Of a DNA stretch of 35,655 nt, positions 8,432 through 15,295 are shown one piece after another. A program made the position numbers and the translations under genes. Position 1 is the first letter of the stretch. Every line of letters starts with the position of its first letter. Source of the stretch: an uncultured Candidatus Saccharibacteria bacterium (GTDB taxonomy: Bacteria > Patescibacteriota > Minisyncoccia > RBG-13-40-8-A > JAUWHN01); the NCBI GenBank assembly GCA_964426965.1, contig CAYRSI010000002.1, positions 1-35,655 of the forward strand, read 5' to 3'. Below the pieces are notes generated by a model. That model had not been told where the DNA came from. It did no database searches and saw nothing but the letters and a program-made list of their open reading frames with translations.

Positions 8432-9229
8432 ATGAACAAGAAGTTAAAAAATAAAGGAAAATTTACCCCTCACCTTTCGCAAGAAAAGAAGGATATCTCG
8501 CGGAAAAAACGGTTTATTGCAATGAATGGCAAGCGACTTTTTCGAAGAAAAAAAGGTGCGGGGTTTATTGTTATTGAGGGAACTGATGGATCTGGGAAGA
8601 CAGAACAGTTTAAAAAATTAATTGCGAGGTTAAAGTCTAATGGTTTTAAAGTTGCTACTTTTGATTTCCCACAATACGAAAAACCAAGTTCCTATTTTGT
8701 AAAAGAATATTTAAATGGCAAGTATGGTAGTTGGAAAAAAGTTGGCCCTCACAAGGCCTCTATTTTTTATGCTTTGGATAGATTTGGAGCGGGTAAAGAA
8801 ATAAAAAAAGAACTAAAAACAGGAAAAATAGTTATCTCAAACAGATACGTTGCTTCAAATATGGGCCATCAAGGCTCAAAAATTAAAAGCAAAAAACAAA
8901 GGATAAAACTTTACAAATGGTTATATGAGCTTGAATTTGAAATTTTAGGAATCCCCCGCCCTATGCTAAATATTGTTCTACATGTACCAGCTAAAACTGC
9001 CCAGAAGCTCGTTGACAAAAAAGGTAAGAGAGAATATCTAAAAGGCGCAAGACGAGATATTCATGAAGACGATATTGGGCATTTAAAACAAGCTGAGCAG
9101 GCTTACTTAGAAATTGTTAAACTCTTTCCAGGGGATTTCCGTTTAGTTGAATGCGTTGAAAATAAACGACTTTTGTCAATTGAGGAAATCCATGAAAAAG
9201 TTTGGAAAGTTGTAAAACAAGCTTTATAA
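8432..9229 (+). CDS. tmk: Thymidylate kinase. The true start may be the internal ATG at 8522.
   Basis: FIVIEGTDGSGKTEQ P-loop and a family-typical layout. Residues 1-30 are a low-complexity basic extension. Confidence 0.85.
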   Translation: MNKKLKNKGKFTPHLSQEKKDISRKKRFIAMNGKRLFRRKKGAGFIVIEGTDGSGKTEQFKKLIARLKSNGFKVATFDFPQYEKPSSYFVKEYLNGKYGSWKKVGPHKASIFYALDRFGAGKEIKKELKTGKIVISNRYVASNMGHQGSKIKSKKQRIKLYKWLYELEFEILGIPRPMLNIVLHVPAKTAQKLVDKKGKREYLKGARRDIHEDDIGHLKQAEQAYLEIVKLFPGDFRLVECVENKRLLSIEEIHEKVWKVVKQAL

Positions 9230-9254
9230 TAAACCGCGAAATAATAAATCCTCA

Positions 9255-9319
9255 CAAAACTACAGAACAAAACTACAGAACAAAACTACAGAACAAAACT
9301 ACAGAACAAAACTACAGAA
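9255..9319. repeat. Perfect tandem repeat, 5 x 13 bp (CAAAACTACAGAA)
   Basis: Direct reading. There are no spacers, so it is not CRISPR-like. Confidence 0.95.
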
Positions 9320-9336
9320 ACCATCTAAATGATTAA

Positions 9337-9368
9337 TCAGCATTTTAGACGATCGTCTAAAATGCTGA
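9337..9368. repeat. Perfect 32-bp palindrome TCAGCATTTTAGACGA|TCGTCTAAAATGCTGA
   Basis: Direct reading. A degenerate copy lies at 10048-10079. Confidence 0.95.
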
Positions 9369-9389
9369 ACAACTAACATTGGTTTTTAA

Positions 9390-9418
9390 TTGCAACCAAA
9401 AAAAACAATTAATATAAT
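9390..9418 (+). promoter_or_regulatory. Putative promoter of the 187-aa ORF
   Basis: TTGCAA, 17 nt, TATAAT, 15 nt upstream of the ATG at 9434. Confidence 0.55.
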
Positions 9419-9433
9419 AACAGATAAAGATCT

Positions 9434-9997
9434 ATGCCAATTAAACTCCCCTTTACTGAAAAATTTCTTTGGGATTTATATAAGTTTGTAAATAAAACTG
9501 AAGGTGTATTGAGCTTCTTTATAGCAGATAGGCCTTATGGGTTTAGAGGATTAGAAGAAATGACTTGGCCTGAAATTAAAGTCTTTAAAAGCAATTGGGA
9601 ATTCGAGTACAAGAAAAAGAAAAAAGATTTTGCTAAGCTTGTATATAGTCTTAAACAAAACGGTTATATTAAAACTCTCCGAATAAAAGATAAATCGGCT
9701 ATTATGTTAACTTCTAAAGGATTAAATAAGGTTTTTACAATTAAAATAAAATTAGTAGATAAGAAAATAAGACCAGATAAAAAATGGCAGATGGTTCTTT
9801 TTGATATTCCGGAAAAGAAAAGAAGGCAAAGAAATTTGTTTAGAAAAAATCTTCAATATTTAGGCTACAAAAAACTTCAAAGAAGTATCTGGGTTTGCCC
9901 ATATGATGTGTTAAATGAAACAAAAGATTTAATTAAAAGATATAGGCTTGAGCCGCATGTGGAATTATTATTAGTTAAAAAAATCGGCTTGGGTTAA
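9434..9997 (+). CDS. Putative DNA-binding regulator, PaaX-like (wHTH plus Cas2-like ferredoxin-fold module)
   Basis: WQMVLFDIPEKKRRQRNLFRKNLQYLGYKKLQRSIWVCPYD matches the PaaX/Cas2-fold beta-alpha-beta-beta pattern as I remember it. Upstream, LVYSLKQNGYIKT...LTSKGL looks like a wHTH. Confidence 0.45.
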   Translation: MPIKLPFTEKFLWDLYKFVNKTEGVLSFFIADRPYGFRGLEEMTWPEIKVFKSNWEFEYKKKKKDFAKLVYSLKQNGYIKTLRIKDKSAIMLTSKGLNKVFTIKIKLVDKKIRPDKKWQMVLFDIPEKKRRQRNLFRKNLQYLGYKKLQRSIWVCPYDVLNETKDLIKRYRLEPHVELLLVKKIGLG

Positions 9998-10047
9998 AGG
10001 ATTGATATTTAAATAATATTATTTGTTCTATCTTTATTTAGCATTTA

Positions 10048-10079
10048 TCAGCATTTATGACGATCGTTAAAAAAGCTGA
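10048..10079. repeat. Degenerate second copy of the 32-bp palindrome (TCAGCATTTATGACGATCGTTAAAAAAGCTGA)
   Basis: Same length and the same ends and centre (TCAGCATTT...GACGATCGT...GCTGA) as 9337-9368. Confidence 0.8.
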
Positions 10080-10146
10080 ACTCAAAGTCCAAATCCAGAA
10101 TGCTAAAACTTTATTTATCAAACTAAAAATGCTAACATAAAACTAT

Positions 10147-11643
10147 ATGAAATTTCAACCAACAATTGGATTAGAAATACACGTGCAATTAAAAACCAAA
10201 ACAAAAATGTTTTGTGGCTGTCTTAATAAGACAGAGGAAAAACAGCCCAATTTCAATATTTGTCCGATTTGTATGGGACATCCTGGAATTCTGCCAGTAA
10301 TTAATAAAAAGGCGGTCAGGGACGTTATAAAAACCGGCTTAACCCTAGACTGCCAAATTGTTGAAAAAACTTGGTTTGAGAGAAAAAATTATTTCTATCC
10401 TGATCTTCCAAAAAACTACCAAATAAGTCAGCGCGAAAGGCCCTTGTGTAAAAACGGAAAATTAAAAATAAAAAATCAAGCCGTTAAAATAAGGGAAATA
10501 CACCTAGAAGAAGATACGGGAAAGCTCTTTCATTCTGAAAAAGAAGAGAGTTCATTAATTGACTTTAATCGGGCTGGCATCCCTTTAATGGAATTAGTTA
10601 CTGAGCCGGATATTCATTCAGCTATTGAAGCCAGAAGATTCTGCGAAGAACTTCGATTAATTTTAAGATATCTTGGAGTTTCTGATGCTGATATGGAAAA
10701 AGGAGAGATGAGGTGCGAAGCGAATGTTTCTTTAAAAGAAAAAGAGGAATTAGGAACTAAAGTAGAAATTAAAAATCTAAATTCATTTAAGGCAGTAGAA
10801 AGAGCAATTGTTTATGAAATAAAACGACAAAAAGAACTTTTAGAAAGTGAAAAAAAAATCATCCATGAAACACGCGGCTGGAACGAAAATAAACAAAAAA
10901 CTTTCTCCCAAAGGACAAAAGAAACAGCAGGAGATTATAGGTACTTTATTGAACCGGACTTACCGCCTCTAAAAATCTCTAAGGAGGATATCATAAAAAT
11001 AAAAGCTGGAATTCCTGAGCTACCAGCTAATAGAAGAAAAAGGTTTAAACAAGAATATAAAATTTCTGAAAGCCACATAGAGGTTCTTACAAATCATAAA
11101 GCTTTAGGCGACTATTTTGAAAAAGTTGTCAGCGAACTGAAAAATTGGGAAAAAACCGCCACAGCGGGATTGTCGGGAAAAACATATAAATTAATTAAAT
11201 TAACTGCTAATTATTTAATTACTGAACTTCGTAAACTTTTGCGTGATTTTGAAGAAAAATATATTGAGAATTTAAAAATAGCCCCAGAAAACTTTGCCGA
11301 ATTTATAATCTTAGTTAACCAAGATAAAATTTCCAGCAGTGCCGCGCAAACAGTGCTCAAAGAAATGTTTGAAACCGGAGCTGATCCTTCTCATATTATT
11401 GAAGAAAAAGACTTAACCCAGGTAAGCGATGAAACAAAACTTAAGAAAATTATAGAAAAAGTAATAAAAAATAATCCCAAACCAGCAAGAGATTATAAAG
11501 ATGGTAAAGCCGAATCTATTCAATTTTTAATTGGTCAAGTTATGCAAGCCAGCAAAGGAAAGGCAAATCCTCAAATAGCTTCTAAGTTATTGGTTAAAGA
11601 ACTAAAATCTATTCCCAAACACATAAAAATTGTGAATTGTTAA
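10147..11643 (+). CDS. gatB: Asp/Glu-tRNA(Asn/Gln) amidotransferase subunit B
   Basis: IGLEIHVQLKTKTKMFCGC...ICPICMGHPG...NRAGIPLMELVTEPD, plus a C-terminal YqeY-like tail. Confidence 0.95.
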   Translation: MKFQPTIGLEIHVQLKTKTKMFCGCLNKTEEKQPNFNICPICMGHPGILPVINKKAVRDVIKTGLTLDCQIVEKTWFERKNYFYPDLPKNYQISQRERPLCKNGKLKIKNQAVKIREIHLEEDTGKLFHSEKEESSLIDFNRAGIPLMELVTEPDIHSAIEARRFCEELRLILRYLGVSDADMEKGEMRCEANVSLKEKEELGTKVEIKNLNSFKAVERAIVYEIKRQKELLESEKKIIHETRGWNENKQKTFSQRTKETAGDYRYFIEPDLPPLKISKEDIIKIKAGIPELPANRRKRFKQEYKISESHIEVLTNHKALGDYFEKVVSELKNWEKTATAGLSGKTYKLIKLTANYLITELRKLLRDFEEKYIENLKIAPENFAEFIILVNQDKISSSAAQTVLKEMFETGADPSHIIEEKDLTQVSDETKLKKIIEKVIKNNPKPARDYKDGKAESIQFLIGQVMQASKGKANPQIASKLLVKELKSIPKHIKIVNC

Positions 11644-11653
11644 CTAATTTACT

Positions 11654-11899
11654 ATGAATTTTGAGATACCGGAAAACAAAGAATTAAAAAAGAAAGAATT
11701 AGACGAGCAAATTGCAAAACTTGAAAAAGAAGTTCAAGATTTGGAGAAGGAAAAAAAGAAAGACGAAGAATCAAGAAAAAGAATAGCTGAAAGCTTAGAA
11801 AAAGATACTATTCCATGCAAGTATACTGATACAGGATTATCCGAAACAAAACAAAGATTAAATGAACTTAAACAAGAAAGAGAAAAACTCGAAGACTAG
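11654..11899 (+). CDS. Hypothetical K/E-rich coiled-coil protein (81 aa)
   Basis: ORF only. Its 3' end overlaps the convergent miaBA 3' end by 42 nt. Confidence 0.4.
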   Translation: MNFEIPENKELKKKELDEQIAKLEKEVQDLEKEKKKDEESRKRIAESLEKDTIPCKYTDTGLSETKQRLNELKQEREKLED

Positions 11900-13861
11900 T
11901 TTCTCGGCTTCTCGGTAATTACTTACCCAATGAATTCTTTTGTCACGCTTAAACCAAGTCATTTGGCGTTTTGCATAATGTTCAATTTCTTTTTGAAGTT
12001 TTTCAACCATTTCTTGTTTGGTTATTTTTCCTTGAAGATACTTAGCAATATAACGATACTCTAATCCAAAATCATCCAACCTTTTCCACGACAAGCCTCC
12101 GCCAGCTGGCGGATTTTTTAACTTTTTAACTTCAGCAATCATGCCTTTCTTAAGACGATGTAGCAATCGTTTTTTTATTAAGACTTTTAACTTTTGATTC
12201 GATTTTTTTATACCGACTATTAAAACATCCCGGCCTACGGCCTGCCTGCCGGCAGGACAGGATGGTCCGCCCGCTTCGCCGCGAGGCGAGCCGTAGACGG
12301 AAAATTGAAGAGGGGGCACTGGTTTGCCAGATTTAATAACTATCTCCAAGGCCCGGATTAAACGCCGCCTATTTTTGGAATCAATATTTTTAGCTCGACG
12401 GGGGTCGAGTTTTTTTAATTTTTTAAACAAAGCTTCGGTGGTTTCTTTTTCTAAATTTTTTCTTAGCCTTAAATCAGGTTTTACTCTTGGAATAATTAAT
12501 CCTTCAACAACTGCCTGAATATAAAATCCGGTTCCACCACAAAGAATTGGAACTTTTCCTTTTTTGTAAATTCTATTAATTGTCTGAAGTGCTTTTCTTT
12601 GATATTGAGCAACTGTAAATCTCCTCTTTGGATTAGCTGCATCTAAAAGATAATGCGGAATCCCCTGCATCTCTTTTTTAGTAATTTTGCCGGTCCCAAT
12701 ATCCATACCCTTATAAACCTGTCTCGAATCAGCAGAAATAATTTCTCCGTTAAACTTTTTAGCAAGCTTAACAGCTAAATCAGATTTTCCTGAAGCAGTT
12801 GGTCCCAAGACTACTATTAATTTCTCTTTCTTTTTAAGAATATCGTCTAATATCTTCCAACGGCGCTTCTTTTCATTCCATGATATACTATCTTTAAATT
12901 TAACAGCAGCTGTTCCCGACCTCGGAGAGTATTTATTAATATATGCTATATCATAATTAACTTGTTTAAATATCTTTACTGTGTTTTGAAATTGCTTTTT
13001 TGTTTCTCCTGGAAAACCAACAATAACGTCTGTAGATAACTTAACATTAGGAATCTTTTTTCTGATTTTATTAACCAAACTTAAATATTGTTTAACCGTA
13101 TATTTTCTGTTCATTTTCTTTAAAATCTCATCGTCCCCGCTTTGAATAGGCAAATGTATTTCCTTGACGACTTTTTCGCATTTGGCAATTGTATCAATTA
13201 ATTCATTAGACATATCCTTTGGGTGATTAGTTAAAAAATGAATTTTAAAATTGCCAGGAAGTTTATTAATTTTATTAAGCAAGTCAACAAAACCATATTC
13301 GCCCGCCTTACCGCAAGACAGGTAAGAATTAACATTTTGTCCTATTAGGGTTATTTTTTTATAACCATTTTTAATTAAGTTTTTTATTTCATCTATTATT
13401 TCTTGGACTGGCCTTGAAACTTCCCTTCCCCGAGTATAAGGAACTACGCAATAAGTACAAAAATTATCACAGCCAGTCATTATAGGAACAAAAGCTGAAA
13501 ATTTATTAATACATTTAGGTTTCAAAGATAGGTAATTTTTTCCCAGAAATTTTTCAATATCCAATACTTCGTCAAAAAACTTTCTGAACTTTATTCTATC
13601 AGACTTTAAAATACAGCCAGTTAATATTTTTTTAGCTTTCAGGCGAGCAAATTTTTGTTTCAGCCCGAAAATCCTATCTATTGCAGTTTGCCGAACCGAA
13701 CAAGCATTAACAACAATCAAATCAGCCTTCGCTAAAGCTTTGGCGGACGAGTCAGCCCCTTTTACGGGCTTATATCCTTTATTTTCCAAAACAGCTGCAA
13801 TCCGCTCACTATCAGAATAATTCATCTGACAACCAAAAGTTTTTATAAAATATGTTTTCAT
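11858..13861 (-). CDS. Fusion protein: radical-SAM methylthiotransferase MiaB (no TRAM domain) plus tRNA dimethylallyltransferase MiaA
   Basis: N-terminal half: MKTYFIKTFGCQMNYSDSE and CDNFCTYCVVPYTRGRE. C-terminal half: LIVVLGPTASGKSDLA...ISADSRQVYKGMDIGTGK...QRKALQ. It is one uninterrupted frame. Start chosen at 13861 (the track ORF begins at 13933, inside a terminator hairpin). Confidence 0.88.
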   Translation of the reverse strand: MKTYFIKTFGCQMNYSDSERIAAVLENKGYKPVKGADSSAKALAKADLIVVNACSVRQTAIDRIFGLKQKFARLKAKKILTGCILKSDRIKFRKFFDEVLDIEKFLGKNYLSLKPKCINKFSAFVPIMTGCDNFCTYCVVPYTRGREVSRPVQEIIDEIKNLIKNGYKKITLIGQNVNSYLSCGKAGEYGFVDLLNKINKLPGNFKIHFLTNHPKDMSNELIDTIAKCEKVVKEIHLPIQSGDDEILKKMNRKYTVKQYLSLVNKIRKKIPNVKLSTDVIVGFPGETKKQFQNTVKIFKQVNYDIAYINKYSPRSGTAAVKFKDSISWNEKKRRWKILDDILKKKEKLIVVLGPTASGKSDLAVKLAKKFNGEIISADSRQVYKGMDIGTGKITKKEMQGIPHYLLDAANPKRRFTVAQYQRKALQTINRIYKKGKVPILCGGTGFYIQAVVEGLIIPRVKPDLRLRKNLEKETTEALFKKLKKLDPRRAKNIDSKNRRRLIRALEIVIKSGKPVPPLQFSVYGSPRGEAGGPSCPAGRQAVGRDVLIVGIKKSNQKLKVLIKKRLLHRLKKGMIAEVKKLKNPPAGGGLSWKRLDDFGLEYRYIAKYLQGKITKQEMVEKLQKEIEHYAKRQMTWFKRDKRIHWVSNYREAEKLVFEFFSFLFKFI
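12231..12300. repeat. GC-rich composite palindromic element inside the miaA half
   Basis: CTACGGC-CTGCCTGCCGGCAGG...CGCCCGCTTCGCCGCGAGGCGAGCC-GTAG. It shares modules with 5942-5961 and 24178-24218. Confidence 0.85.
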
Positions 13862-13868
13862 AAAGAAT

Positions 13869-13897
13869 ATCATAACAGGTACTAAAAAGATTGACAA
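13869..13897 (-). promoter_or_regulatory. Putative promoter of miaBA, with the -10 only 7 nt from the ATG
   Basis: Minus strand reads TTGTCA, 17 nt, TATGAT, attcttt, ATG. Confidence 0.45.
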
Positions 13898-13916
13898 GAA
13901 TGCGCTTTGACTAAAA

Positions 13917-13948
13917 CAGCCCCGACGTAACATCGGGGCTGTTTTTTT
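13917..13948 (-). terminator. Rho-independent terminator hairpin (bidirectional in appearance) after the Kazal-domain gene
   Basis: CAGCCCCGA-cgtaaca-TCGGGGCTG, flanked by AAAA and TTTTTTT. Confidence 0.75.
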
Positions 13949-13976
13949 ATTAACGTTTTATCTATTTAACTTTCAT

Positions 13977-15239
13977 TTATTCTGCTTTTTTTAATCTTAA
14001 TTCAGGCCCAATGTTTTCTTTTGTCTCACATCTTCCTTTATGAGCGATTTCTACTCCGGCTAATTTAGCAAAACAGGCGTTGCTGTAAATTTTGCCATCT
14101 TTACCGCATACCGGATCCCAAGCCGCTATACAAGCCTGCTCTCGTACTTGCTCTTTTGCCTGTTCTTGGGTTTGTTCTTGGGCTCTCTCTTCAGCTTGCT
14201 CCTTTAGTTGAAGCATGTCTCTTTCTGTAACTTGGACCCTTTCTTGAACTCTTTCTGTGTTTTGTTCAATTTTCTGCCTTAAAGCGGGTGTTGGATTTTC
14301 TTGCTCTAGTTTTTCTAGAATCATTAAGTGCGTAGCTTGCTCTCCACCAATCTTATCTAAATAATCTTCAAACTTTTCTTGGTCCTCCAAAGACATCTGC
14401 TCAAGATTGTCATGAAGTCTTTTTAAGGCATTTCCCTGAGCCTGTTTAATTGCTTCTTTGGCTTGTTCAGGAACTTTTTCTTCAAGCTTCATCAAAACCT
14501 CAAGGTTCTTAAAATTCTTATACTTACTCCCTTCGATCTTTTCCATGTTTTTTTCTAATCGTTCTGGGATTTTATCTTTTTCTTCAAGGCGTTCTATTAC
14601 TTCACCAAAATGCTCTAAGGTTTTTTCTTTGGTGTTTTTAATTTGCTCTAATACTTCCGGCTTATCCGATAAATTCTTTTCTAAGCGGTCCATTGCTCTT
14701 TGATGCTTTATTGTTTTCTCAGTAAACTCATCAAGAAACTTGTCAATTTTTGGATTATCTGCTGCTTTTTCTTTAAATTTTTCAGCCTGTTTCTCAATTT
14801 TTTCAATGTCATTTTGGTATTTTTGTAAAGTTTTTTGGAAAACTTCTTCTTTTTCGGTTTTCTCTGCTAACTTCTTGGCTTCGATTAATTTCTCGTTGGC
14901 AAAGCGGAGTCGCAATTCAGCTTTTTGGACCTTATTAAAAGTAAAGGTGCTTCTTACTCCTCGCCAGAAATTCTTAATAAAATAAAATGGACTATCAGGT
15001 AAAAGCTTGGGCTCAGAAATCCCCAAATCTTCAGCAGTAATATCTTCATCAATAGTCACTTCTTCAATTTCTTCTTCGGTTGTATCTTCTGACTGATCAC
15101 CTTCCGGGCTTATAACAACCTCTCCTGTGTCAACATCTCCTGTATCATTTTCTTCAATATCTTGAGCCAAGCCATTAAAACCAATTACTAATCCAATAAC
15201 CACAAAAAGTGATATAAGAAATAATATTTTTGTTTTCAT
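13977..15239 (-). CDS. Secreted or anchored acidic coiled-coil protein with a C-terminal Kazal-like domain
   Basis: N-terminal signal/TM, then a D/E-rich stretch, a long K/E helix region and CIAAWDPVCGKDGKIYSNACFAKLAGVEIAHKGRC at the C-terminus. Confidence 0.8.
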   Translation of the reverse strand: MKTKILFLISLFVVIGLVIGFNGLAQDIEENDTGDVDTGEVVISPEGDQSEDTTEEEIEEVTIDEDITAEDLGISEPKLLPDSPFYFIKNFWRGVRSTFTFNKVQKAELRLRFANEKLIEAKKLAEKTEKEEVFQKTLQKYQNDIEKIEKQAEKFKEKAADNPKIDKFLDEFTEKTIKHQRAMDRLEKNLSDKPEVLEQIKNTKEKTLEHFGEVIERLEEKDKIPERLEKNMEKIEGSKYKNFKNLEVLMKLEEKVPEQAKEAIKQAQGNALKRLHDNLEQMSLEDQEKFEDYLDKIGGEQATHLMILEKLEQENPTPALRQKIEQNTERVQERVQVTERDMLQLKEQAEERAQEQTQEQAKEQVREQACIAAWDPVCGKDGKIYSNACFAKLAGVEIAHKGRCETKENIGPELRLKKAE

Positions 15240-15241
15240 AA

Positions 15242-15295
15242 TGTTAATTACTAAATGTTAATTGTTAAATGTTAATTGTTAATTGTTGTTGTTCG
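15242..15295. repeat. Degenerate GTTAATT/TGTTAAT microsatellite spanning the thrS stop
   Basis: tgttaattactaaatgttaattgttaaatgttaattgttaattgttgttgtt. It is the reverse complement of the repeat type at 6788-6819. Confidence 0.8.

Noticed and set aside
9255-9319. Tandem repeat considered as a CRISPR array
   Set aside because: The units are 13 bp, directly abutting with no spacers, and there are no cas genes.
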